A stretch of DNA of 64,000 nucleotides from Deltaproteobacteria bacterium (GTDB taxonomy: Bacteria > Myxococcota > Kuafuiibacteriia > Kuafuiibacteriales > Kuafuiibacteriaceae): contig JAVJQW010000023.1 in the NCBI GenBank assembly GCA_040218735.1, forward strand, positions 224,001 through 288,000. Reading direction: 5' to 3'. Below the pieces are notes generated by a model. It worked only from the letters and a program-made list of their open reading frames with translations, was not told the DNA's origin and searched no databases. Every line of letters begins with the position of its first letter. Positions within the stretch are counted from its first letter, which is position 1. This document shows positions 49,801 to 61,499 of the stretch, one piece after another. The translations under genes were made by a program, and so were the position numbers.

Positions 49801-52368
49801 ATGAACACCTGGATCGGGTCGCCGAAGACCGCCGCCACGTACGCGCTGACGCTCCTGGGCCTCACCGCGACCACACTTGGCTGCGACGACACCGGTCTCA
49901 CGCAGCTCGAGGGCAAGCTGGTGTTCGACGAGCTCGTCGACTTCGGTGACGTCCAGGTCGGTATCGAGAAGACGCTCTACCTGGAGCTCACCAACGAGGG
50001 CGGCGCGGTCGTCACCGTGGACGACGTCGAGGTCGACGCGACGATCTCCGGTTCCCGCTACCAGTTCGAGATCGACGACGACCCCTTCGACGTACGCGCG
50101 GGCGACGGTTCGCAGCTGCGCATCAAGTTCCGGCCCTTCGAGGCGATGGACGAACCGGCGGACTCGATCGTGAAGCTCGTGACGGAGGCCGAGGCCTTCG
50201 AAGTCACGCTCCGCGGTCGCGGCGTGGCGAGCGGCCTCATCGTCGAGCCCAACCCCGTCGACTTCGGCTCCGTCCTCCTCGGGAGCGTGGAGACGATGAA
50301 CGTACAGGTCACCAACGCGCTCTCGGAGTCGATCGAGCTGTTCACGAACGTGCGCGGCGGCGTCATCGACGTCGAGGTCACGGCCGGCACCGGCATGTTC
50401 GACGTGCAGGCGACCGCCGAGTCCGACGGCTCTCTCGGCACGTTGGATCCCGGTGCCTCGATCACGCTGCCGGTGCGATACGTGCCCTCGCAGATCGGCG
50501 AGGGTCGCGGCGACCGCGCGCGGTTCGTGCTGTCGAACTGCGACTTCGAGCTGTGCGAAGTGGAGGTGACGCTGATCGGGCGCGGGACGGACTCGGCGCT
50601 GACGTGTGCGCCGGAGTCGTTCGACTTCGGCGCGATCAACCCGGGGCGCACGCGCACCGCGACGATCACCTGCGAGAACTCGGCGAACGATCCGATCGAG
50701 GTGCAGCGCGCCTCGCTCGACCTCGTCTCGGCGCCGGAGTTCTCGGTGATGCCGATCTCCGTGGGGACGATCCGCCGCGGCGAGACCTTCGACGTCGCCG
50801 TGACGTTCGCTCCGACCGCAGCCACCCTCGGCGCGAGTGTGATGGGTACGCTCGTGGTCGAAGCGGCGAACCAGGACGGCGCGCCGCTGCGGCCTTCGCA
50901 AGTCACCTTGCTCGGCGCCGGCGGAGGGCCGGCGGTGGTCGTGCAACCCGACTTGCTCAACTTCGGCATCGTCGCGGTGCAGACCACGCACACCAAGCGG
51001 CTGCTCGTGACGAACGTGGGCTACGACGACCTCGTGGTGTCGAACGTGGAGCCCGACGTCGCGGGCACAGGCGCGTTCTCGGCTTCGCCGACGACGTTCG
51101 TGGTCGCGCCCGGCAACGCGCAGATCCTGGACGTGACGATCGAGCCGCAGGTCGACGGGATGGTGGAGTCGACGCTCCGACTGACGACGAACGACCTGTC
51201 GGATCCCACGCCCGAGGTCGTGCTCGTCGGCGAGGGCATCACGCTGCCGCCGTGCGCGTACACGGTGACGCCGCCGAACATCAACTTCGGCAACGTTCCC
51301 CTCTCGGAGGCGCCGTTGCTCGGCTTCCGCGTCGAGAACGTCGGCAACGACGTGTGCCTGATGAACGACGTCGACTTCGTCCCCCCGCAGACCGCGACGC
51401 CGGCGCCGTTCACGCTGGTCGACGGTCCGGTGACGAGCGCGATCATGATCGCGCCGGGCGCGTTCCACGACGTCCCGGTGCAGTACCAGCCGTCGCGCAT
51501 CGGCACCGACACCGCGACGGTCGGCTTCTACATCTCGAGCGTGACCAACTCGAACCCGGTCGTCCCGCTGTTCGGCGTGGGTGAGCCGCTCCTGGAGGTC
51601 ACGTGCCCGGCGACGGTCACCACGGCGGTCGGCACGCCGGTGTCGCTCGCGGTCACCGGCCGCGTCGCGGGCGCGAACATCACGGGTTACCAGTGGAACA
51701 TCGTGTCGAGCCCGGCGGGCGGCGCCGGCACGCCGGGGCAGTGGACGCCGAACCCACCGACCGCCGCGACCGAGGACTTCCTCGCGCTCATCGTCGGCGT
51801 CTACGACATCCGCGTCGACATCTTCGACGACGTCGGCCGCACCGCGTCCTGCGTGACGCGCGTGAACGCCCTCGGCGAAGGCCTCGTCGCCACGCTGCGT
51901 TGGAGCGGCAACGGCGACCACGACCTGCACGTGCACAACCCGGCGACGACGGTGCCGTGGTTCACGTCCCCCGACGACTGCTACTACTCGAACCGCACGC
52001 CGATCTGGGACACCGGCTTCGGCGCCGGCTTCGGCCCGAACCCGGAGCTCGACGTCGACAACACCTCCGGCTTCGGCCCGGAGAACACCCGCGTCAGCAC
52101 GCCGGTGATCGGACAACCGTACACCGTGGCGGTGCATCACTACTCGAGCGCGTCGGGCACCACGGCGACCGTGGAGATCTACTGCGGCGGCGTCGCGACG
52201 CCGACGCAGGTCTTCAACTCGACGACGTTCACGGGCTCCGCGTCGGGGAACTGCTCGGCGAACGAGTTCTGGAGGGTGGCGACCGTGACGTTCACGTCGG
52301 CGTCGACGTGCATCATCACGCCGATCGATACGTATACGCCGAGCTCGCAGGCCTGCACGATGTTCTAG
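49801..52368 (+). CDS. Surface lipoprotein with repeated ASH/choice-of-anchor-D Ig-like domains and C-terminal YfaP-like domain
   Basis: Lipobox TLGC; repeated DFG/NFG..N.G units; W..DHDLHV..LDVDNTSGFGPEN. Confidence 0.8.
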   Translation: MNTWIGSPKTAATYALTLLGLTATTLGCDDTGLTQLEGKLVFDELVDFGDVQVGIEKTLYLELTNEGGAVVTVDDVEVDATISGSRYQFEIDDDPFDVRAGDGSQLRIKFRPFEAMDEPADSIVKLVTEAEAFEVTLRGRGVASGLIVEPNPVDFGSVLLGSVETMNVQVTNALSESIELFTNVRGGVIDVEVTAGTGMFDVQATAESDGSLGTLDPGASITLPVRYVPSQIGEGRGDRARFVLSNCDFELCEVEVTLIGRGTDSALTCAPESFDFGAINPGRTRTATITCENSANDPIEVQRASLDLVSAPEFSVMPISVGTIRRGETFDVAVTFAPTAATLGASVMGTLVVEAANQDGAPLRPSQVTLLGAGGGPAVVVQPDLLNFGIVAVQTTHTKRLLVTNVGYDDLVVSNVEPDVAGTGAFSASPTTFVVAPGNAQILDVTIEPQVDGMVESTLRLTTNDLSDPTPEVVLVGEGITLPPCAYTVTPPNINFGNVPLSEAPLLGFRVENVGNDVCLMNDVDFVPPQTATPAPFTLVDGPVTSAIMIAPGAFHDVPVQYQPSRIGTDTATVGFYISSVTNSNPVVPLFGVGEPLLEVTCPATVTTAVGTPVSLAVTGRVAGANITGYQWNIVSSPAGGAGTPGQWTPNPPTAATEDFLALIVGVYDIRVDIFDDVGRTASCVTRVNALGEGLVATLRWSGNGDHDLHVHNPATTVPWFTSPDDCYYSNRTPIWDTGFGAGFGPNPELDVDNTSGFGPENTRVSTPVIGQPYTVAVHHYSSASGTTATVEIYCGGVATPTQVFNSTTFTGSASGNCSANEFWRVATVTFTSASTCIITPIDTYTPSSQACTMF

Positions 52369-52382
52369 CCCGCTGACGCACC

Positions 52383-52437
52383 GCTGACGCAGTCAGCCGG
52401 CGCCCTTGAACTTGAACTTGCCCTTTACCTTGCCCTC
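52383..52437. repeat. Left arm of a 55-bp inverted repeat
   Basis: Reverse complement of 52893-52947 at 52/55 positions; core of 6-nt units TTGAAC TTGAAC TTGCCC TTTACC TTGCCC. Confidence 0.92.
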
Positions 52438-52785
52438 GCGGCCGACGGCGAGACTCGTGAGCATCTTCACGATCTCCAACAGCAGCGCTCGTCCCTCGTC
52501 GAGCGGCGCGTGGTCGTCCAACAACTGACAGCAACGGACGGTGTCGAGGATCGCCGCCGACTCCGTCGCCGAGCGCCTCGCGATCCGATAGAAGCGGCGC
52601 TTCTCGGCCGGAGCGAACTCGCCGGCTCCCTCGGCGATGTTGTTGGCGATGGAGGTCGACGCGCGGTGAAGCTGGTCCTTCAGCGGCCCGAAGCCTCGAA
52701 TCGTGGCGGTGATTCTATGGGCGAGCGCGACGAACTCGATCGTGACCCGGTAGACGTGGAGCCTCTCGTGATCGAACTGTTCCAT
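52393..52785 (-). CDS. Four-helix-bundle protein (23S rRNA IVS protein / Avd-like)
   Basis: FDHERLHVY, LKDQLHRASTSIANNIAEG, RFYRIARRSATE, IVKML. Confidence 0.9.
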   Translation of the reverse strand: MEQFDHERLHVYRVTIEFVALAHRITATIRGFGPLKDQLHRASTSIANNIAEGAGEFAPAEKRRFYRIARRSATESAAILDTVRCCQLLDDHAPLDEGRALLLEIVKMLTSLAVGREGKVKGKFKFKGAG

Positions 52786-52892
52786 CCGCTCCGGATGCGT
52801 GGGTCGACGGTGATCGGCAACGTCTGCGTGATTGGAAATCGTTCAGGAGGCCTGAAGCTCGGCGCGCGCAGCGGTGGGGTGCCGCTCCGCGG

Positions 52893-52947
52893 GAGGGCAA
52901 GGTAAAGGGCAAGTTCAAGTTCAAGGGGCCCGGCTGACTTCGTCAGC
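52893..52947. repeat. Right arm of a 55-bp inverted repeat
   Basis: Pairs with 52383-52437, with a 35-bp perfect core. Confidence 0.92.
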
Positions 52948-52952
52948 CTGGG

Positions 52953-55250
<2,298 letters not shown>

Positions 55251-55293
55251 GGCCTCTCATTCGCACATGGCCGCGCGCTCGACAATCGACCGT

Positions 55294-56670
55294 TCAGAAG
55301 CTCCAACCCACGAGTGTGCTCAACGCGAGTGATCGGTCGAATCCGCCGGTCGCCGTCACCGCGCCCGAGAGCGGCCCTGGCGCCGAGAACAACAGCGCGT
55401 ACCCGGTGAAGCTCGCGGTCACGCCATATGTGAAACCGATCCGCGTTCGGCCGAGCAGCCCTGCGGCGAGATCGAACCCGAACGCGCCCGAGCCCTGCCC
55501 GTACCGCGTCCCCAGCTCACCCGCGCTCAGCACCGGGCGCAGTCCCGCCTCCGCGGTCAGCGTGATCGACGTGGAGATCGGCCACTGCGCGACACCGCCG
55601 AGCCGCACGTACGTATAACGCGCCGCACCCATCACTCCGTTGTCGCCGAGCGCGAAGGTGTCGTGCCCGAGACCGACCACACCGCCCACGTCGAGGAACG
55701 CGACGTCGAACGTGTATCCGACGGACGCCGCGAACCGATAGGCGTCCGACGACACGGGATCCGTACGCTCCAACGACGACACCCCGAGCCCGTAGTTCCC
55801 TTCGAACAGCAGGAAGGCCGGGCCGAGCGTGGACTTCGGTTTGAAAGGCGTGATGCGCAGCGCGACCGACAGCTCGGGGAACGCGCCGCTCGCGTGTTGT
55901 GCGTTGCGCTGATCCGTCTGACCGATCCGCGCGGTGCGCGAACGGAACGTGAACCCGCCGAGCGCCGCGATCAAACGACGCGCCGCCTTCTTGCGCGGAC
56001 GCACCGACGTCTGGGTACGCGTCGGCTCCGGTTCGGGCTCGGGCTCCGGCTCGGGGGGTGTGAACGAAGGCGCGGGGCTCGGATCGTCGATCTCCGGGTC
56101 CAGACCCAGCTCCTCGTTCGCAGCCTCGAGGTCCGTCATCTCGGGCGCCTCGTCCTTCGGCACCACGGGACGAATCAAACGGCGCGGTGACTCGCCGACC
56201 TGCTCGTCGAGGATCGCTTCCTCGTCGGGCTCGGGGAGGTCGGCGAGCGCACGCTTCAGCAACCGCTTCGCGACCGCACGAATCTTCTTCTTCGCACGTC
56301 CGTTGCGCGGCCCGGGCGCGGTGCCGGCAACGAGCACACGACCGTCGGCGTCGAGGATGGTGATCTTCGTCTTCGACCGCCGCCCGCGTCGCGTCACGCG
56401 GCCCTTCACGATCACCGACAGCCCCATCACCCGCGCGACCTTCGCGACGCCCTCGTCGGTCGTCGCGTCCACACCGATCTCGTCACCCTGATCGTAGACG
56501 TCCGAGCGCGCGACGATCTCGACGGAGGAGGTCAGCCCCACCAGCACCGCGCTGCGCGCGAGGCCGGCGCGCCAACCTTCGAAGTCCAACAACACGCCGC
56601 GGTGCTGCGCCGACGCGGCCGACGGCAACAGGAGGATCGAGAGCGCGAGCCACCAACCGAAACGTTTCAT
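55294..56670 (-). CDS. Exported protein, probable C-terminal outer-membrane beta-barrel
   Basis: Signal MKRFGWW..ASA; Pro/Glu linker; amphipathic strands ending GWSF; ATGA overlap with the upstream gene. Confidence 0.7.
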   Translation of the reverse strand: MKRFGWWLALSILLLPSAASAQHRGVLLDFEGWRAGLARSAVLVGLTSSVEIVARSDVYDQGDEIGVDATTDEGVAKVARVMGLSVIVKGRVTRRGRRSKTKITILDADGRVLVAGTAPGPRNGRAKKKIRAVAKRLLKRALADLPEPDEEAILDEQVGESPRRLIRPVVPKDEAPEMTDLEAANEELGLDPEIDDPSPAPSFTPPEPEPEPEPEPTRTQTSVRPRKKAARRLIAALGGFTFRSRTARIGQTDQRNAQHASGAFPELSVALRITPFKPKSTLGPAFLLFEGNYGLGVSSLERTDPVSSDAYRFAASVGYTFDVAFLDVGGVVGLGHDTFALGDNGVMGAARYTYVRLGGVAQWPISTSITLTAEAGLRPVLSAGELGTRYGQGSGAFGFDLAAGLLGRTRIGFTYGVTASFTGYALLFSAPGPLSGAVTATGGFDRSLALSTLVGWSF

Positions 56671-57641
56671 CCCTCGGTCCCCCCGTCGTTCACGAAGACG
56701 AAGTCGTCGCCCGGCGCCGAGGCGTGACACCCCGTGCAGCCATCGACGCGACCCGCGAGCGGCACCCCCGCTTCGTTGGTGTCGAGCGCACCCGCGGGTG
56801 TGAACTTCGCCCAGAACCAGTCGCCACGATCCGGCGCGAAACCGTCGACCCGCTGCATGACGGTGATCGCCACAATGGACGCGGGGTCCTCGGTGAGGTG
56901 GTTGCGCTTCACGATGATCGACCCGGAGCCGAGCCCGCTCTCGTCGGCGGCGGCGACGTCGTTGAGGTGGAACTGGTTGTAGTCGCCGTGCGGGCTCGTC
57001 CCGGGCTGCATCCCGTCGAGGCCCGTGAAGGAGGGCCAAGACGTGTGCGTCGCGATCGCCGCCCAGAGGGTGCCGGCGCGCTCGAGATCCTGGTCGCCGC
57101 CGAACGTCGGCGTCGCGCCGTTGCTGAAGAGGTAGTCCTCGCCGGCCCCGACGTGGCACCCGATGCACCCGCCCCCGTCCTTGCCGACGGCGCCCGCGAG
57201 CGGCGTGCCGGATTCGTCGAGCGCGACGGTGCCGTCCGGATCGTACTGCGCCCAGAACCAGTCGAACTGCTCGGGGTTGAAGTTGCGCACGCGCTTCATC
57301 ACGGTGACCGCCTTCAGATCGGTGGCGGCCTCGTCGGCGAAGTTGCGCTTCACGACCACCGACCCGAACGCGAGGGTGTCGAGGTCGGCGGCCGCGACGT
57401 CGTTGACGTGCAGCGTCTGGTAGGCGCCGTGCGGGCTCGCCCCCGTCACGATCCCCTCCTTGCCGGGGAAGGAGGGCCAGGACTCGTGCCCCTCCAGCTC
57501 GGCCCACAGCGAATCCGCCGTCGCGAGGTCGAAGGCGCCGCCGTAGGTGGCGTCGCCCGCGCCGGGGTCGAACGATAGCTCCCCGACACATCCGGTGGAG
57601 AACAAGAGCAGCAGGAGCGCAGAGCGGGGTGGGCGCTTCAT
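56667..57641 (-). CDS. Lipoprotein with two tandem cytochrome P460-family domains
   Basis: Twice: SPHG..GSxxVKRN..TVM..DWFWA..CxGCH..DY/FxF. Confidence 0.82.
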   Translation of the reverse strand: MKRPPRSALLLLLFSTGCVGELSFDPGAGDATYGGAFDLATADSLWAELEGHESWPSFPGKEGIVTGASPHGAYQTLHVNDVAAADLDTLAFGSVVVKRNFADEAATDLKAVTVMKRVRNFNPEQFDWFWAQYDPDGTVALDESGTPLAGAVGKDGGGCIGCHVGAGEDYLFSNGATPTFGGDQDLERAGTLWAAIATHTSWPSFTGLDGMQPGTSPHGDYNQFHLNDVAAADESGLGSGSIIVKRNHLTEDPASIVAITVMQRVDGFAPDRGDWFWAKFTPAGALDTNEAGVPLAGRVDGCTGCHASAPGDDFVFVNDGGTEG

Positions 57642-57657
57642 GGGTCCGGTTGGGGAG

Positions 57658-57673
57658 TGCAGGTGGGATGCCA
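57658..57673 (-). promoter_or_regulatory. Putative sigma-54 promoter
   Basis: Minus-strand TGGCATCCCACCTGCA matches GG-N10-GC. Confidence 0.55.
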
Positions 57674-57820
57674 TGGCCGCGCGGGCGGGATTTCGGGGTG
57701 GGTCCGTGGCACGAACCCCTCGCCCGGCGGTCGATCGGGGCGGTGGATCCTCGGTTCGGGGTCAGCGTGACCGCGAACAGGGTGGCGTCCTCGATCGCGC
57801 ACCGTGTTATGTACGCGGCG

Positions 57821-60259
57821 ATGCGGAGGATGGTGCTCGCGACGCTGGCGCTGTTCGGTTGCAGCGAGCTGGAGCCCCTGGAGCTCGACACGTGCGGGAA
57901 CGGCGTGTGGGAGCCGATGGCCGGCGAAGACTGCGACACCAACACCGACGAAGGTCAGTGCGGGCGCCCCGGCACCGCCGGCGCTTGTCAGTACATCTGC
58001 TCCACCTCATCGGACTGCCCCGGTGGCCGTCAGTGCGGCGCGGATCGGATCTGCCGCCTCCCCATCCGCCAGTTCCGAGCCGCGCCCGGCTCTCCGTACG
58101 CGACGGTCGGCAACCAGCTCGCGGTGGCGGACCTCGACGGTGACACCCACTTCGATCTGATCGGTACGAACGCGCGCGGCGCGAACGTCCTGTTCGGGGA
58201 CGGCGAAGGTGCGTTCTTCGATCGACGCTCCCTCACGACCGGTGCTCCGATGTCTCGCGCGATGCGGGCCGCGGTGACCGCGCCGAACCCGCAGCGCCTG
58301 GTGACGCCGATGGGGGCCGGGGTGCAGGTCCACGGCGTCGACGCGCAGCGCAACCTGAGCGCGGTGGCCAACGCGGCGCTCCCGTTCGACCTCGGAGATC
58401 GCGTGCGCCTGGTGCGGCTCCCTTCGAGCGGGCTTCAGGATCTCATCGCCGTCTTCCTGGAGGTCGGGCGAACCGTGGCCCTGACCACGTTCGGGCTGCC
58501 CAGCAAACCGAACGTCCTCGACCGGGCTCTGTCCGAACTGATCCCCGTCGCGGGGGACCTCGACGGTGACGGACTCCCCGAGCTCGTGGTGGCGTTCGGC
58601 GGCGAATCGGACGTGCGGGTGTTGCAGCTGCGCTGCGAGGACGGGGGCCCGGTGGCGACGTGCACCGACGAGCTCGAGTGGCGCGACACGACGACCGTCG
58701 CGTTCGGGGCAGCGGTCAACCAGCTGGCCCTCGCAGACGCCGACGCAGACGGCGACCTCGACCTCTTCGCGACGACCACGGGTGACATCCGGATCGCGCG
58801 GGGCCGCGGCGACCTCACGTTCGCAGCGCCGGCCGTCGACGGGCGGGTCGACTGCGGCGACGTCTGTACCTTGCTGGTGGTCGAAGACCTCGACGGTGAC
58901 GACCGCGCCGACTACGTGTTCGAGGCGGCGCTGGTCACGACGTCCAGCGCCGCGGCGCGGACGCGTCACGAAGCGAGCTCGGGGGAGCTCGACGAATGGT
59001 CGTACGCCGCGACGGGAGACTTCGACGGTGACGGGCGACGAGACGTCGCCGTCGCGCTCGAAGGAGAGTTCGGCATCGAGGTCGTGTACGGCGCGACCAC
59101 GCCCCTCTACAACGCGTTCTTCGAGGACACGTCGCAGCCGATCGCCGGACTCGTCGCCGCAGACTTCGACGGCGACGGGATCGACGACCTCGCCGCGGTG
59201 CTGCTCAGCCTGGAGGGATCGACCGTCGTCGTGCTCTACGGCGGGACCGCCGGCTTCAGCGCGCCCGTCCCGATGGGCCGCTTCGCCGGCGTGCGCGGGC
59301 TGCTGCCCGTCTTCCTCGCGGGCCCGCAGCCCGGGTCCGCGGACTTCCGTGCGGATCTGATCGTCGAGACGAACGACCCCGCGAGCTCGGGCGATCGGAT
59401 CGTGGTGTTGATCGCCACTCAGGAGCACCAGATGGTGTCGCCGCTGCTGCTGTCGCCGACGCCGGTGAACCCCATTCCGGCGCTCGCGGTCGCGACCGGG
59501 ACCTTCCTGTCGGAGACGGACGACGAGGACCTCCTCATCCTCGCATCGGACAAGGTGGTGCGGGTGCCGACGAACGCCGCGGGGGCCTTCGACCTCCAAC
59601 TCGCGGTGACGCAGGACCAGTCGTTCGTCGACGGCACGACGAGCCGCCGCCTGGTCGAGACGGCGCAGCTCGACGGCGACGCGTTCACGGAGGTGATCGT
59701 CGCGACGGGGACCCACCCCAAACCAGACACCGAGGGACGAAGTGTCGTGGTCTTCGATCCCGACTCTCCCTCGGAAGACCTCTCGATCGTCGAGCTCACG
59801 TTGCCGGACGCAATCTACAGCCCGACGAGCGTGCGGGTCGCGGCGCTCCCGCCGATCGCGGATCGGGTCCTCGTGGTCGGCTTCGTTGGTCAAGGAGCGC
59901 CGGGCGGCGTCGCGTTGTACTCGATCGCGGAGGACGGCACGGTGGCCGACGCCCCGACGGTGCTCCTCGCGGAGGAGGGGCGACAAGTGCTGTCGGTCGA
60001 AGTCGCCAACATCGACTCCGACGCGCTACCCGAGCTGATCGTGCTCACCGAGACCGACGTCTATTCGATCGAGATCCGCGACGGCACGTTCGTCTGGGGG
60101 CCGCCGATTCCGCTCGGGGACACCGTTCGACCGCCGAGCGCGTTTGCGACGATGCGCGCGACGGATCTCGATCGGGACGGGCTCGTCGATCTCACGATCG
60201 CCACCGAGCTGGGCCTGTACGTCTACCGCGCGGTGGATCGGCTAGAGGTGACGCCGTGA
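57821..60259 (+). CDS. FG-GAP/VCBS repeat lipoprotein with N-terminal Cys-rich module
   Basis: Lipobox LFGC; CGNGVWE..GEDCD; many DLDGDG repeats. Confidence 0.85.
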   Translation: MRRMVLATLALFGCSELEPLELDTCGNGVWEPMAGEDCDTNTDEGQCGRPGTAGACQYICSTSSDCPGGRQCGADRICRLPIRQFRAAPGSPYATVGNQLAVADLDGDTHFDLIGTNARGANVLFGDGEGAFFDRRSLTTGAPMSRAMRAAVTAPNPQRLVTPMGAGVQVHGVDAQRNLSAVANAALPFDLGDRVRLVRLPSSGLQDLIAVFLEVGRTVALTTFGLPSKPNVLDRALSELIPVAGDLDGDGLPELVVAFGGESDVRVLQLRCEDGGPVATCTDELEWRDTTTVAFGAAVNQLALADADADGDLDLFATTTGDIRIARGRGDLTFAAPAVDGRVDCGDVCTLLVVEDLDGDDRADYVFEAALVTTSSAAARTRHEASSGELDEWSYAATGDFDGDGRRDVAVALEGEFGIEVVYGATTPLYNAFFEDTSQPIAGLVAADFDGDGIDDLAAVLLSLEGSTVVVLYGGTAGFSAPVPMGRFAGVRGLLPVFLAGPQPGSADFRADLIVETNDPASSGDRIVVLIATQEHQMVSPLLLSPTPVNPIPALAVATGTFLSETDDEDLLILASDKVVRVPTNAAGAFDLQLAVTQDQSFVDGTTSRRLVETAQLDGDAFTEVIVATGTHPKPDTEGRSVVVFDPDSPSEDLSIVELTLPDAIYSPTSVRVAALPPIADRVLVVGFVGQGAPGGVALYSIAEDGTVADAPTVLLAEEGRQVLSVEVANIDSDALPELIVLTETDVYSIEIRDGTFVWGPPIPLGDTVRPPSAFATMRATDLDRDGLVDLTIATELGLYVYRAVDRLEVTP

Positions 60260-61455
60260 GCGCGACGGTGGTGTTGATCGCTGCGCTCAGCGTGGTCGGT
60301 GCGGATCGCTACGCGGAAGCAAAAGCGGTGTTCGACGCCGGACAGCAGGCGTTCGAGGCCGGGGAGTTCGTGGCGGCCGCGGCGGCGTACGAGCAGGCGT
60401 TGGAGATCATCCCGCCGCCCAAACCCGGCGGCGCGGATCCGCGCCCCGCGATCGTGTTCTCGCTGGCGCAGGCGTACCGACGGCACTACTTCGACGAGCT
60501 CGATCAGGAGAAGCGGAGCCTCGACTCACTCGACCGCGCGGTGGAGGCCTACCGGCGCTACCTCGTGATGTCGCCGACGGGATCGCGGCGGCTCGACGCG
60601 AGTGATCACCTCGCTCGCCTCGAGCTGGAGCTCGCGCGTGTGTCGATGTCCGGCATTCGGCGACGCGCGGCGGAGGCGGAGCGGCCGACGCGGATCATGA
60701 TCACGTCGAAGACCGTCGGCGCGCAGGCGTCGATCGACGGAACGCAGACGGCGACGGTGCCCGTCGTCCGCGAGGTCGCGCCGGGCAAACACAAGATCCG
60801 CGTCACGCGCACGGGTTACTTCCCCGAAGAGCTCGAGACGGAGGCGGTGAAGGGCAACCTGGCCGTGGTGCCCGTCGACCTGCGTGCGATGCCGGCGCGC
60901 CTGCGCGTCGAGGCGCCCAGCGACGCTATCGTCTCGGTGGACGGGCGCATGGTCGGCGTCGCGCCGATCCGTGCGGAGCTGGAGCTGGAGGCGGGGCGCC
61001 GGTTGGTCACGGTGACGGCCGCGGGGCGCCAGGCTTTCTCGCGGGAGCTCGATCTGTCGCGCGGTGTGCTGGAGTCGCTGCGGGTCGACTTGGAGCCGAC
61101 GGGTCAGCGACAAGCGGCGCGATACTTCCTGATCGGCGGCGGCGTGATTGCGAGCGCGGGCGTGATCACCGGCGTCCTCGCGCTCCTGAACAACGCGGCG
61201 GCGCGGGTGTACCTGCTGCGACGCGACATCGAACAAGAGTCCCTGACGCAGGCCGACCTGCTGAACTATCAAGCGGCCCGCTCCGACTACAACCGGTTCT
61301 CGGCGATCTCGGCGACGACGCTGTTCGTCGCGGCGGCCGTCCTCGCAACCGGCGGTTTGCTCTACGCCTTCGACTCCCCGTCGAGCGCGACCGGACCACG
61401 CCTGGAGGTCGCACCGCTCGAGACCCCGAGCTCGGGCGGCCCGTCGCCGTTCTGA
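60256..61455 (+). CDS. TPR + tandem PEGA domain protein
   Basis: TPR-like helices; PGKHKIRVTRTGY and AGRRLVTVTAAG; C-terminal hydrophobic segments. Confidence 0.82.
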   Translation: MSATVVLIAALSVVGADRYAEAKAVFDAGQQAFEAGEFVAAAAAYEQALEIIPPPKPGGADPRPAIVFSLAQAYRRHYFDELDQEKRSLDSLDRAVEAYRRYLVMSPTGSRRLDASDHLARLELELARVSMSGIRRRAAEAERPTRIMITSKTVGAQASIDGTQTATVPVVREVAPGKHKIRVTRTGYFPEELETEAVKGNLAVVPVDLRAMPARLRVEAPSDAIVSVDGRMVGVAPIRAELELEAGRRLVTVTAAGRQAFSRELDLSRGVLESLRVDLEPTGQRQAARYFLIGGGVIASAGVITGVLALLNNAAARVYLLRRDIEQESLTQADLLNYQAARSDYNRFSAISATTLFVAAAVLATGGLLYAFDSPSSATGPRLEVAPLETPSSGGPSPF

Positions 61456-61478
61456 GTCGTCGATTGAGGTTGGGCTCC

Positions 61479-61497
61479 GATAGCTGCTATCGATAGC
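61479..61497. promoter_or_regulatory. ATAG/CTAT palindromes, probable OxyR/LysR autoregulatory box
   Basis: GATAGCTGCTATC overlapping GCTATCGATAGC immediately before the start codon. Confidence 0.55.
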
Positions 61498-61499
61498 GC

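Noticed and set aside
52383-52947. Classical IS element or MITE
   Set aside because: No transposase and no flanking target-site duplication; kept only as an unexplained cassette
57706-57723. Plus-strand TGGCACG as a sigma-54 promoter for the FG-GAP gene
   Set aside because: No GC at the required GG-N10-GC spacing
56671-57945. 883-aa fusion ORF
   Set aside because: The upstream part is an off-frame overlap with the P460 gene; the signal peptide begins at ATG 56670
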